NCBI GenBank assembly: GCA_028285585.1
Contig: JANQOU010000008.1
Location: forward strand, 200,760 to 264,759
Source: Acidimicrobiia bacterium
GTDB lineage: Bacteria > Actinomycetota > Acidimicrobiia > Spongiisociales > ZC4RG35
Length of the DNA stretch: 64,000 bases
Reading direction: 5' to 3'
Shown here piece by piece: positions 20,064 through 29,811 of the stretch. Position 1 is the first letter of the stretch. Each line of letters begins with the position of its first letter. The translations under genes were made by a program, and so were the position numbers. The notes beneath the pieces were generated by a model that was given only the letters and a program-made list of their open reading frames with translations, did not search any database and was not told where the DNA came from.

Positions 20064-20956
20064 AGTATCGAATTCCTTTCCAGCACAATCTCGAGCTCGC
20101 GACGCTCCTCATCCGACAGAGGGGTCATCGGGTGACGGGGATCTCCTCCGACTAGCCCGGCAAGGTCCATGGCCGCCTTCGTGTATGGGATGAATGCCAG
20201 CTCGCCACGGCTCGATCGGGGTTGGAGCAGTCGTCGGTATGCCATGAGGCGTCGGTTGAGGTCGCGAGCTGTCTCGAGGTCTCCGGCCTCGACCGCGTCA
20301 CTGAGTTGCTTGATGAACCCGGGAGCAAACGCGGCAGTCGCCGGCATACATCCAGCAGGACCCGCCGCCAGGGCGAAGTACAGGGGGTCCTCAGCCCCGG
20401 CGATCACGGCCAACTCGGAGCCAAGGATGTCGACGATGTAAGAGAATCGAACCATGTCCTGACCCGCGTACTTGTACCCGATGACGTACTCGAACTCGGG
20501 TACGCGGCCGATGGCCAGAATATCGATCGCGTCGGCGATCGATGGGTTCTCATAGACAATGAACGGAGTGTGATCGGCGTTGAGCATCCTCAGCTCGTTG
20601 AGGACCTCATCGACTGATCCTGCCGAGGGTTTGACCATCAGCGCGTCCGCCATCCCGTCTCGGACCAGTTTGCACGAAGCACGCCAGGTTTCGGGGCGGG
20701 ATTCGGTCCCGAGCACAACAACGCCGGAATCGCCCACCGTGCCGCGTATCACCTCGAGCGACTGGACGAGCTCGTCCCAGGACAAGGAGAAAGGCTCCGC
20801 CATCGTCCCTCCGACCACGAAAGCGGACACCTGGCTGTCGGCCAGCGCAACCGCGTTCGCTTCCACGCCGTCGAAATCGATCGTCTGATGAGTGTCGCGG
20901 TGAAACGGAGTGGTCAACGCCGCCATCACCCCGCACAGCGCCGATCGGTCTATCAC
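20060..20956 (-). CDS. DapA/NanA family class I aldolase/lyase
   Basis: ALTTPF, GGTMAEPFSL, VYENP, GYKYA Schiff-base Lys, KAAM...PRHPMTPL. Confidence 0.85.
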   Translation of the reverse strand: MIDRSALCGVMAALTTPFHRDTHQTIDFDGVEANAVALADSQVSAFVVGGTMAEPFSLSWDELVQSLEVIRGTVGDSGVVVLGTESRPETWRASCKLVRDGMADALMVKPSAGSVDEVLNELRMLNADHTPFIVYENPSIADAIDILAIGRVPEFEYVIGYKYAGQDMVRFSYIVDILGSELAVIAGAEDPLYFALAAGPAGCMPATAAFAPGFIKQLSDAVEAGDLETARDLNRRLMAYRRLLQPRSSRGELAFIPYTKAAMDLAGLVGGDPRHPMTPLSDEERRELEIVLERNSIL

Positions 20957-22086
20957 AGGTCAGGCCGTTGGGGTGTGGGACCAGTGTGCGCGGCGGGGTT
21001 TTGCAGGTGGTAGGCAAGCCGATCGAGAATGATGTCGGCTTCCCCCACGTCCACCGGACTCGGGTTCACCAGAACCAGGTCGCCTTCGCTGGCGACGGCA
21101 ATCCGCTCAAAGTGCCATAGCCGGTTCGCCAGTTCTTCCGACGAGAGCGGGATGCGATCAAAGTCGATCCTTACCGCGGCCCGCGGACACGGCTGACCGG
21201 CCACATTGGGGAAGTCCCGGAAGGCCTCGACCCCCGGAATGGCATCCCACGAGTCGACCCACATCTCGACCATCTTCTCGCGCTGGGCGATCGTTTCATC
21301 CTCGTCCTCGAGGAGGTAGTCCTCAATCGCCGCGACCAAGCCAGCCATCACCTCCGGACTCACCTTGAGAGCACGGGCGAGCGTTTGATGTGGTGGACCG
21401 ATGGCGCGGCAAGCCTCAACCAGATCACGGCGGCCCACGAGGAATCCGCTGTTCTGGGGGCCTCTCACCTCCTTGCCGCCACTAAACGCTGCTGCGTCTG
21501 CCCCGAGTTCGGTTGTGTACCTCCACAGATTTGACGCCGGAGGTAGCTGGGCGGCGGCATCAACGAGAACGGGTATTCCCCTCGGTTTGCACACGGTGAC
21601 AACTTCATCGAGGGTCAGACTTGAGGCCGAGTCATCACGAACCGGGACAAAGAGGTAAGCACGCGCGCCACGTTCGATCGCTTCGACGAGCTGACCGACA
21701 CTGGTTCCGTTGTCATCACCGATCTCAACCAGACTCGCTCCCACCAGTCGAACCACAGCATCGTACGGGGTGCGCTGGGAGCGCTGAATCAACACCCGGA
21801 ATCCGCCTCTGTCCATCGGAAGCTGAGCCGTGGCCGCAGCATCTCCATCCGACATGAGAGCGAGGAATGCGATGGCGAGAGCCGCCGCTGCCCCGTTCGC
21901 GATGTAGGCACCGTCGTTTCGGGTGAGAGCTGCGATGTGGTCACCGAGTTCGGCCTGCATCGCGAACACGTCGTGGTACTCCGTGCCCGCGGGAGCCATG
22001 GCGTCGAGGGTTCGTTTCCTCATCCTCGAACCGCCAAGGAACGTCGACCAGGAATGGGCGTTGATGACCGGTTGGCCTTGGGGCAC
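20953..22086 (-). CDS. SelA-like PLP enzyme (DgaE D-glucosaminate-6-P ammonia-lyase-like)
   Basis: VINAHSWSTFLGGS, NGAAAAL, VLVDAAAQLPP, FSGGKEVRGPQNSG, RALKV. Confidence 0.8.
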   Translation of the reverse strand: MPQGQPVINAHSWSTFLGGSRMRKRTLDAMAPAGTEYHDVFAMQAELGDHIAALTRNDGAYIANGAAAALAIAFLALMSDGDAAATAQLPMDRGGFRVLIQRSQRTPYDAVVRLVGASLVEIGDDNGTSVGQLVEAIERGARAYLFVPVRDDSASSLTLDEVVTVCKPRGIPVLVDAAAQLPPASNLWRYTTELGADAAAFSGGKEVRGPQNSGFLVGRRDLVEACRAIGPPHQTLARALKVSPEVMAGLVAAIEDYLLEDEDETIAQREKMVEMWVDSWDAIPGVEAFRDFPNVAGQPCPRAAVRIDFDRIPLSSEELANRLWHFERIAVASEGDLVLVNPSPVDVGEADIILDRLAYHLQNPAAHTGPTPQRPDL

Positions 22087-22118
22087 CGATCCCTTGGTGA
22101 CTGAAGCTTCTTGGGTGC

Positions 22119-22595
22119 TCAGCTCTGATTCCTGACTTCGGCTATGACCTCGAGTTCAACAGGGATGTTGAAAGGGAGGCTGGCCATCCCCAGGGCGGCA
22201 CGCGTGTGCTGTCCGCGCTCCCCGAGAACCTCGAGCAGCAGTGACGATGCTCCGTCGATGACGGCCGGTTGCTTGGTGAATTCGGGACCGGCGTTCACCC
22301 AGCCCGTGAGTCTGACGATGCGCTCGATCGCATCCAGGCTCCCCAACAGATCCCTGAGAGCACCAAGGCAATTGAGTGCGGAGATCCAGGCAGCGTCCTG
22401 ACCCTGTTCGATCGTCAGCTCGGACCCCACCTTGCCTATGAAGATATGCCTGCCGTCCCAGTACGGCCCGAAACCAGAGGTGACCGCAAGACTCCCGGTA
22501 AGCACTGCCGTGGTGAAGAGGCTCTCCCGCTCGTCGGGCGGGGGCAGATCCACCCCCAGCCGGTGTCTGCGGTCTGCCGTATCGACGCTGCTCAC
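22119..22595 (-). CDS. RidA family protein
   Basis: SGFGP, GKVG, VRLTGWVN, IDGASSLL, HTRAALGMASLPFNIPVELE. Confidence 0.88.
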   Translation of the reverse strand: MSSVDTADRRHRLGVDLPPPDERESLFTTAVLTGSLAVTSGFGPYWDGRHIFIGKVGSELTIEQGQDAAWISALNCLGALRDLLGSLDAIERIVRLTGWVNAGPEFTKQPAVIDGASSLLLEVLGERGQHTRAALGMASLPFNIPVELEVIAEVRNQS

Positions 22596-23602
22596 GACGC
22601 CTCCCTCAGCCAATCCCGCCACTCACGTCCCGGTGATCTATCGGCCAGCGGAACGTCGAGGTGTCGTTCCGCGCGGTTGTATTCGCCGACTGACGCAACG
22701 ACCCTCGCTACATCCTCGTCGTCGATGCCGAGTTGATGGGGTCGCCACAGCACTCCGGCTCCGTCGAGAACCGTTAGAGGCCTCGCAACCGACCTTCCCC
22801 TGAGGAGGTGGGCAACGACGATCCCCAGCGCAACGGCCTCCCCGTGGACAAATTTGCGGCCCGTCACCCTCTCGAGATTCCATGCGAAAAGGTGCTCATA
22901 TCCTGCGCCGAGCGGCCCGCCGGACGACTCCATCAGGCGGACGCTCTCGTACAGGAGACGGAGTGTTTCGAGGCATTGAGCCTCGTCGGATGGGTCGTAG
23001 GCTCTCGCCAGACCCGCCAGGGCATCCACCAAGTCCTCGACGAGGGACGAATGGGTAGAGATCTCTCGGTCGTCTTCTTCACCTGCCTGGGTGTCGATCC
23101 AGTCGAGCAAGGCGGTCTCGACCGCCAAGACGTCGGCGAGACCGGCAGCGTTGATCCGACGCGGAGCGGTGGTGAGGACCGCCAGATCGAGGATCACCAG
23201 CCTGGGGTCGGCCCGATGCACCTCACCAGCCCGGCCGCTCTCGTCACGCTCACGCATCGAGGATGTGAAGATCGAGTTCGTCGAGGTCACTGTTGGAACT
23301 AGGACGAGATCGAACCCCGTCTCCGAGGCGACGAGTTTCGCCCAGTCGAGAGCCGCACCGCCCCCAAAACCAACGACGGTCGCTTCTGGATCTGAGTCGC
23401 TGGTGCGGCCGGCCGGCCTCTCCCCCGCGTTGAGGTTGATGCTCGATGGTATTCGAGACAGCTGATCGGCAAGGGCAGTTCGAGCACCAGATTCGCTGAC
23501 GATGATCAGTCGCCGCTCTCGTCTAAGAGCATCGACAAGGATGTCATGACCGACATCGAGCCAGCCCGACATCGCATCGACCCACGGTGGAAGGGGGTTC
23601 AT
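22592..23602 (-). CDS. glycerol-1-phosphate dehydrogenase-like (EgsA/AraM, DHQ/Fe-ADH superfamily)
   Basis: GFGGGAALDWAK, VPTVTS, AGLADVLA, GYEHLFA, HGEAVALG. Confidence 0.78.
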   Translation of the reverse strand: MNPLPPWVDAMSGWLDVGHDILVDALRRERRLIIVSESGARTALADQLSRIPSSINLNAGERPAGRTSDSDPEATVVGFGGGAALDWAKLVASETGFDLVLVPTVTSTNSIFTSSMRERDESGRAGEVHRADPRLVILDLAVLTTAPRRINAAGLADVLAVETALLDWIDTQAGEEDDREISTHSSLVEDLVDALAGLARAYDPSDEAQCLETLRLLYESVRLMESSGGPLGAGYEHLFAWNLERVTGRKFVHGEAVALGIVVAHLLRGRSVARPLTVLDGAGVLWRPHQLGIDDEDVARVVASVGEYNRAERHLDVPLADRSPGREWRDWLREAS

Positions 23603-24789
23603 GTTTCACCTCTCGAAGCAGCGACCGCCGCCTGAACGAGCCTGTCGGCGGATCCGCGATGGACCGGCGAATCGAACCCGAAGTAGATGTGTGACTCCTC
23701 GACTTCATACCCACCCTCGTCATACGCGTGTTCGGGTGCCACATAGCCGAGGTAGCCGTCGGTGAGTGTCGCCGGCATCACGTCCCCAATCTCTCCCTCG
23801 ATCCGCTGGCCGACTTCGCTGAACAGTTCGGCGGGAGTGAGTAGAAGCCTCCATGGTCCAACACCAACGAACGACACGCGCGCGACACCAAGATCCGCAC
23901 CGCTGGTGGACTCGATCGGAGTCACGCTTTGCCCTGTGGCCAATCTGGCATGTGGGGCAGTCGAGATCTCGAGCGCGGCGCGCACAGCGACTCGACCTAC
24001 CTTCTCACCCGCACCACGGACCCTGTCGGGGTCGAAGGTCCAGTCGAATCGTCCCGATTCAGTGACGTGGCAAGAGCGGACGTCGCCACAATAGCCAAGA
24101 AGGAACACGGCGACGCTTCCCGGGAACTCCTCCTCGATCAGGTCCCTGACCACGCCGACGTAGTCAGGGCCGATCAGCGTTGATTCTCCGGCCGTCGTGG
24201 GGTGGCATCCGTAGGAGACCACCACTCCTCTTGGTGACCCATCCTCGGTGTCGAAGCGGGCGACCTTGACTCGACGGTCGACCGGACCATCGAAGTTGGC
24301 GTGTGGTGGCTTCGCGACAAGGCCGTCGGGACCGGGAAGCCTGCGGTTCACTCCCAGGTCGCACGAGCCTTCTCCGACGCCAAGGTGAACAGGAAGCTGG
24401 GCAGCCAAGGCACCAACAGCAGCCTCGGACGCGGACGCGAGCAGCGTGTCGATGTACGCGGGCTCACCGGTGGAACCGTCGGCGGTGATGAATGGAGGCA
24501 CCTGCGGCGCGGTGTGGGTGTGAGTCGATGCGACGTGGATCCGATTCGTTGCGACGCCAGATGCCTCGGACACCCCACCCTGGATTCGCGAGACGGTCGC
24601 AGACGATAGGCCGAGTAGGTCGAACACGATGACCACTACCTGGTCGGTGCCGTCGGATATCGCAATCGCGCGACAGTCGATATCCGCCTCCACACCGGTG
24701 GAAATCCTCTGCGTTGGCCAGCCACCGAGAGGCAATCCGGGAGCGGATGGGGTGATGCTCACCCGGCTGAATCCGGCGGTGACAGTCAT
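23599..24789 (-). CDS. neutral/alkaline ceramidase-like amidohydrolase
   Basis: AGFSRVSITP, STHTHTAP, VNRR, YGCHPT, DYVG, PAELF, GYLGYV...YDEGGYE. Confidence 0.75.
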   Translation of the reverse strand: MTVTAGFSRVSITPSAPGLPLGGWPTQRISTGVEADIDCRAIAISDGTDQVVVIVFDLLGLSSATVSRIQGGVSEASGVATNRIHVASTHTHTAPQVPPFITADGSTGEPAYIDTLLASASEAAVGALAAQLPVHLGVGEGSCDLGVNRRLPGPDGLVAKPPHANFDGPVDRRVKVARFDTEDGSPRGVVVSYGCHPTTAGESTLIGPDYVGVVRDLIEEEFPGSVAVFLLGYCGDVRSCHVTESGRFDWTFDPDRVRGAGEKVGRVAVRAALEISTAPHARLATGQSVTPIESTSGADLGVARVSFVGVGPWRLLLTPAELFSEVGQRIEGEIGDVMPATLTDGYLGYVAPEHAYDEGGYEVEESHIYFGFDSPVHRGSADRLVQAAVAASRGET

Positions 24790-25460
24790 GCCGACACCTC
24801 AACGCTTACATCGATAGCCGCCTGATAGGACCGAAGTTTGCGCAGTTCCAATTCGCCGGTAGATGCTGCGTCGGCCACGCCAAGCAGTGGCGCACCGATA
24901 GCGAAGGTGCCAAAACCTTCAGCCGCAAGCCCCCGCACGTAATTGGGTTCGATGCCACCGCTCAGAATCAACGGAGGGCTCCCAAACGGGCGGGTCATCG
25001 TGTCGAGATGGTCGGCTCCGAAGATTCCCGCGGGAAAGACCTTCAACATGTCTGCTCCAGCCGTCAGCGCAGTGTCGATCTCGGTCGGAGTCAATACTCC
25101 CGGCACGGCGACGAGGCCCTCGGCGCGCAGTCGTTGGATGACATCCGGGTTGGCTCCGGGAGCAACACCGAACGTCGCTCCCGACCGGGATGCCTCAGAG
25201 GCCTCCTCCACGGTGCGAACGGTGCCCAAACCAACGGGGAACTCGGCGCCGAACTCGTCGGCGAGCTCACGGACAGCGGCGAAGGCACCTTCGGATTCGG
25301 CGGTGACTTCCAGGGCCAGGATGTGCCGTTCGGATACCAGGACTTCGGCAGCGCGCAAGATAGCCCTCCGCTCCAACCCGCGGAACACCACGACGATGCC
25401 CGGACGGTTCAGAGTTTCGATGACGGGTGTCGGGTCAGGATGCTGGTGTTCGACTGTCAC
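24786..25460 (-). CDS. KDPG/KHG aldolase family (Eda-like)
   Basis: VVFRG, LEVT, GLGTV, PGVLTPTEI, LKVFPA, SGGI. Confidence 0.85.
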   Translation of the reverse strand: MTVEHQHPDPTPVIETLNRPGIVVVFRGLERRAILRAAEVLVSERHILALEVTAESEGAFAAVRELADEFGAEFPVGLGTVRTVEEASEASRSGATFGVAPGANPDVIQRLRAEGLVAVPGVLTPTEIDTALTAGADMLKVFPAGIFGADHLDTMTRPFGSPPLILSGGIEPNYVRGLAAEGFGTFAIGAPLLGVADAASTGELELRKLRSYQAAIDVSVEVSA

Positions 25461-26311
25461 CCCTTCAAACCTCCCTCCAGAAGCCCTCTGCTGAACCACC
25501 TTTGGAAGATGATGTAGATGGCGAACGCCGGAATGAACATCACCAGGGCTGCCGCGGCGGCGACCGGAAACGAGAAGTCGGGGTCAGACGCACTAACAGT
25601 GAATGCTTTGATGCCCAGCGCCATCGGCTGAACGTCGATGCCGGCGAAAGTGAAGGCAAAAATGAACTCACCCCAAGCCGGTATGAACGTGAACAGGGCT
25701 ACGACGACCGCTCCACCTCGGGCGAGAGGGAACATCACCCAGCGGAAGATCTGCCAGCGGTTGGCCCCATCGACAACCGCAGCTTCGATCATTTCACCCG
25801 GTATGCCATCGAAGATCGTCCTCATGATGAAAGCGCCCAGGGACACGAACCAAGCCACATACACCAACACGAGTCCTTGGTAGGTGTCGAGCCAACCCAG
25901 GAGCAGCAGCTCCTGGTAGAGAGCGGCGATCGCGAGAACGGGGGGCAAGAACAGAGTCAGTGTGAGCAAGCCAAACAAGATCTTGTGGCCCGGAAAGTCG
26001 CTTCGCGACAGCGCGTACCCGGACAGCGCTGCCACGACGACAACTCCGATCACCGTCAGCCCTGTGACGATCACACTGTCGAGGTAGTAGCTCGCCATCT
26101 CAGGGACCCGCTGAGTCATCTCTCTGAAGTTGTCCAGCGTGAGGCTCGTCGGGAAAGGCTGGAACTGCTGTGTCTCAGGTCGAAAGGCGATCGATGCGAA
26201 CCAGACGAACGGAAACAAAACAGCAAAACAGCCCAGCACGAGTGCCAGGGTTCGAGTGCGGAGAGCTCCGGACCTCTTCCAGCGATGACCGGTGGTTGCC
26301 ATCCTGCTCAT
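25457..26311 (-). CDS. carbohydrate ABC transporter permease (MalG type)
   Basis: GYALSR, IPGEMIEAAVVDGA, WGEFIFA, FQRWFSRGL. Confidence 0.92.
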   Translation of the reverse strand: MSRMATTGHRWKRSGALRTRTLALVLGCFAVLFPFVWFASIAFRPETQQFQPFPTSLTLDNFREMTQRVPEMASYYLDSVIVTGLTVIGVVVVAALSGYALSRSDFPGHKILFGLLTLTLFLPPVLAIAALYQELLLLGWLDTYQGLVLVYVAWFVSLGAFIMRTIFDGIPGEMIEAAVVDGANRWQIFRWVMFPLARGGAVVVALFTFIPAWGEFIFAFTFAGIDVQPMALGIKAFTVSASDPDFSFPVAAAAALVMFIPAFAIYIIFQRWFSRGLLEGGLKG

Positions 26312-27234
26312 TCGACCTCGGTCCTTACAATCTTCCAGATGAGCCATGCGAGAACGAGAGTGATGAGGCCGAGCATCAGGTACCAGGCGCTAGCCCGGCC
26401 GACTCTGTCCTGGTAGAAGAAGATCTCGAACGCCTCCAACCCATATGTTGTGGTGGCGTCAATTGGCCCGCCGCCCGTCATGAAGAGTGGCTCCGCAGTC
26501 AGCGCGAAGACTTTGAGTCTCAGGATTAGAACAATGGCGAGAACCGGCCGAAGAAGCGGCATCTGGACTGACCAGAAGGTCCTCCAACCGGAGGCACCGT
26601 CGACCCTTGCGGCATCCAGCAGACTTCTGGGGATCGCCGCAAGTCCGACCAGGAACAGGATCAGGACCTCCCCGAACAGCCTCCACGTGGTCATCGCAGC
26701 CATCGAGGGCAAGGCGAGATTGGGGTCGCCAAGGAAGTTGATCGGACCGATGAAGGGAATGGCTCCGAGGACCGACCGACTCAAGCCTACTTGGGGGTCG
26801 AGCATCCACACCCACATTTGAAAGACGATCGCCGCGGGAAGAACCACTGGGAGGTAGTAGATGATGCGGTAGACAGTGGCAGACCGTCGCTCACCGATCC
26901 TGTCGAGGGCTACCGCGATGGACAACGCGATGATGATGCTGATCGGCACGTACATCAGGAAGAACAGTGCCGACCGCGAAAGTGAGCTCCACATACGGTC
27001 GTCCTGGAACCAATGGACGTAGTTGTCGAAGCCGACGAACTCGTTGCGCTGTTGGACCACTGAGACTCTGAAGAACGAGTTGTAGATCGTCCTTACGATC
27101 GGATAGAAGACAAACGCGCCCATCACGAGCAGAAGGGGCACGGTGAAGGGGAAGCTGGTCCCCTTTCCCATTTGAGATGGACGACTGCTGGACTCGCGGA
27201 GACCTGACTGCCGCTTGTTGATGGTGTCGGTCAT
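26308..27234 (-). CDS. carbohydrate ABC transporter permease (MalF type)
   Basis: FVGFDNY, YLPVVLP, IPRSLLDAARVDGAS, TGGGP. Confidence 0.92.
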   Translation of the reverse strand: MTDTINKRQSGLRESSSRPSQMGKGTSFPFTVPLLLVMGAFVFYPIVRTIYNSFFRVSVVQQRNEFVGFDNYVHWFQDDRMWSSLSRSALFFLMYVPISIIIALSIAVALDRIGERRSATVYRIIYYLPVVLPAAIVFQMWVWMLDPQVGLSRSVLGAIPFIGPINFLGDPNLALPSMAAMTTWRLFGEVLILFLVGLAAIPRSLLDAARVDGASGWRTFWSVQMPLLRPVLAIVLILRLKVFALTAEPLFMTGGGPIDATTTYGLEAFEIFFYQDRVGRASAWYLMLGLITLVLAWLIWKIVRTEVE

Positions 27235-27313
27235 CTCACTCTCAGAAGGATGCGGAGTAGTGCGGCCCGTCAACACACAGGCCGCACCACTCTGGAGGAG
27301 GAATGGCTATCTG

Positions 27314-28693
27314 TTATCCGTTGAAGTCGGCGAACGCCTCCTGGAGGCGAGCCAGCATTGCGTCTCTGGTGTCTTCGGCCGAGATGTCCTCGATGATCAT
27401 ACGCTCGACTTCCTCCCGGAATATGCCCTGCTCGAAACCGAGCCAATAGGGATTGACCGGAAGCCCGGTGGAGACTTCGAGGGCGTCGAAAGTGGCCTGG
27501 GCCCACTCCGGCATCACGATGTCGTCCCGGGTCGAATACCAAGGTGTGGCACCGAAGTTGTCGATGGTCCACTGGATCGACACCGGGTCCCACATGACGC
27601 CGTGCATGAGGAAGTCGACAGCCTCTTGAGCGTGAGCCGCTTCCTTCTGAATCACTGCAGCCGAATTCCAGAACAGTGTCCCGGGATATGCATTCTCGGG
27701 GTTGGCTCCAAGGCCAATCACGCCTGGGTTAACGCCGGCGGTGATGGCCCGACCGACCTGCTTCTCCCAGTACATGATCATCGCGGCCTCGTTTGCCTGG
27801 AACGCCAGCGAAGAACCAAGCGGGGTCAGCACGTTCTCGGGGAAGAACTGAGACAGGTCCTTGATCAGCTGCAGCGCTTCCACAGCAGCAGGCTGGTCGA
27901 GGTTGAACAGTCCCTCTTCAGTGAACACGTCTTCTGTCAGCGTGACCATGAGGGGGAGGAAGAGTCGATGCGAGAACATGAAGTCTGCACCGAATCCGCT
28001 AACTCCCGGCATTGCTGCCTCAACCGCGGTCGCCGTTTCGATCAACTCGTCCCACGTCTTCGGCTGCTCCGGTGAGCCGGTGACCTCTTCGAGGAAGTCC
28101 TTCCTCCAGATGAGGAGCACGGTTGCGAGTGCCATTGGCAGGCTGTACGAGCTCCCATCGGAGTACGTGTTTGCCAGTCGAACTGACTCAGGCAGATCGT
28201 CGATCGCACCATCCGGATACAAGTCGTCGAGAGGCCTCAGCGCGCCTGCCTCGACGAGTGGTGCCACTTCGATCCATGGCGTGACCCCCACAATCGCGTC
28301 GAAAGAAGCCTCGCCATTCTGAGCTTCCAGTGCGTAACGCTGAACTGCGGCGGGTGCGTCGGGCAGATCATCAGCAGCGAGCACAGTGATCTCGATATCG
28401 ATGTTCGGATTCGCTGCCTCCCACCTCTCGACAGCGTTCTCGAACGGGTGCGTCGACATCATGTAGTCGTAGACGCCGAGCTTGACGATCACGGGTTCAG
28501 ATGAACCGGCCGTCGTGTCTGTCGCACCCAAGGTGGTGGTCGTATCTCTCGACGGCCCCGTGGTGTCGGTACCAGCTTCAGAGCTGGCGGTGCTCCCGTT
28601 GCCCTCCCCGTCGGAGGAGCCGCACGCTGCCGCCGTCAAGGAGAAGACCAAGAGCAGGACCACCATTCGGACGGTCCTAGTGCCAAATAACAT
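27314..28693 (-). CDS. carbohydrate ABC transporter substrate-binding lipoprotein
   Basis: Lipobox AAAC, WEAANPNIDIE, PKTWDELIE, FQANEAAM. Confidence 0.88.
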   Translation of the reverse strand: MLFGTRTVRMVVLLLVFSLTAAACGSSDGEGNGSTASSEAGTDTTGPSRDTTTTLGATDTTAGSSEPVIVKLGVYDYMMSTHPFENAVERWEAANPNIDIEITVLAADDLPDAPAAVQRYALEAQNGEASFDAIVGVTPWIEVAPLVEAGALRPLDDLYPDGAIDDLPESVRLANTYSDGSSYSLPMALATVLLIWRKDFLEEVTGSPEQPKTWDELIETATAVEAAMPGVSGFGADFMFSHRLFLPLMVTLTEDVFTEEGLFNLDQPAAVEALQLIKDLSQFFPENVLTPLGSSLAFQANEAAMIMYWEKQVGRAITAGVNPGVIGLGANPENAYPGTLFWNSAAVIQKEAAHAQEAVDFLMHGVMWDPVSIQWTIDNFGATPWYSTRDDIVMPEWAQATFDALEVSTGLPVNPYWLGFEQGIFREEVERMIIEDISAEDTRDAMLARLQEAFADFNG

Positions 28694-28744
28694 AGATCAC
28701 TCCAGTTGTTCGCCGTATGCCGGAGTCGGAGGTTGCCGACTGTG

Positions 28745-28876
28745 CATGTAACATACTTTAGGCCCACTCAGGAGTCAAGGGGGCAAAACCGCCTATTTGT
28801 GATGGGATTTCTGAACAGTCTCTTCGATCGGATTCCTTCGAGATGTGACGCCCTGTCGAATAGGGTATGCAACATG
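28745..28876. promoter_or_regulatory. two probable GntR operator boxes in the divergent promoter
   Basis: CATGTAACATAC at 28745-28756 and GTATGCAACATG (reverse complement CATGTTGCATAC) at 28865-28876. Confidence 0.55.
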
Positions 28877-28896
28877 AGAATGGATCGAGGACGCTC

Positions 28897-29580
28897 GTGA
28901 CCTCTGCCGGGCCCGACGGTCAACCGCGGCAGATCATGTCTGTCAGCCTCAAGGACCAGGTACTTGCCGGTCTGCGTGCAGGCCTCCTCAAGGGAGACTT
29001 CAAGCCAGGAAAGATCTACAAGATGGGGGAAGTCGGAGAGCAGTTTGGCGCATCCAGGACGCCCGTGAGGGAAGCTGTCCTGGAGCTCGAGTCACGAGGC
29101 GTCGTCGAGATAATCCGTAGCGTGGGGTTCCGTGTGACGGAGCCCACCCCAGACGACATCCAGGACATGTGGGAGGTCCGGGCGATCGTGGAAGTACCGG
29201 CAATGGAATCGCTGTCCGGCCGACTAGACGACTCGACGTTGGCCAAACTGTGGTCGCTGATCGACGACGTCGAGAAAGCAGCACGCTCCGATGACCTGGC
29301 AAGCTATCTCGCCAAAGACGCCCAGCTACATGACGCGCTCTACGAGGAGCTCTCCAACCGCCATCTCGCTGCGACCATTAGAGACCTTCGCGATTCGCAG
29401 CGGGTACCGAGCCTGGGAGCGCGACGAGCGTCCAGCGATTTGATCGCTCGCAATGAGGAGCACCGTGCATTGGTTGCGGCCATCGCATCCGGGGACACCG
29501 AGAAGATCCACAATCTGACTAGAGCCCACCTATTGGTGAACTACCACAAGTGGCAGAGTCAGAGCGATCACCGGGACTAG
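28897..29580 (+). CDS. GntR family (FCD) transcriptional regulator
   Basis: FGASRTPVREAVLELE HTH; FCD domain with LHDALY, NRHL, EEHRALV; divergent from the cluster. Confidence 0.92.
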   Translation: MTSAGPDGQPRQIMSVSLKDQVLAGLRAGLLKGDFKPGKIYKMGEVGEQFGASRTPVREAVLELESRGVVEIIRSVGFRVTEPTPDDIQDMWEVRAIVEVPAMESLSGRLDDSTLAKLWSLIDDVEKAARSDDLASYLAKDAQLHDALYEELSNRHLAATIRDLRDSQRVPSLGARRASSDLIARNEEHRALVAAIASGDTEKIHNLTRAHLLVNYHKWQSQSDHRD

Positions 29581-29811
29581 CACCCTCAAGGCAAAGGTGA
29601 AACCACCCTCGTTTGGCTCGACACAGATGCTTATCCGGAGCCACTGGAGTACTTCGATCAACTGACGGACGGCGGAGAACAGGGATGACAAGCTGCCATG
29701 AGGGGTAGTGGTGCCCCTGGCCACGACACGACCTAACTGCTAGGACGTCGGTGTTCAACCGGGGCCAAAGCGACTGCCACGAGCTGGGGTGGTAGCTGTT
29801 CTCCCACGCAC

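Noticed and set aside
20060-20956. Housekeeping dapA partnering dapB at 39635
   Set aside because: GTTGE motif diverged to GTMAE and the gene is embedded in a catabolic operon
20953-22086. True selenocysteine synthase SelA
   Set aside because: Lacks the SelA N-terminal domain, no selB/selC/selD nearby, and the context is sugar catabolism
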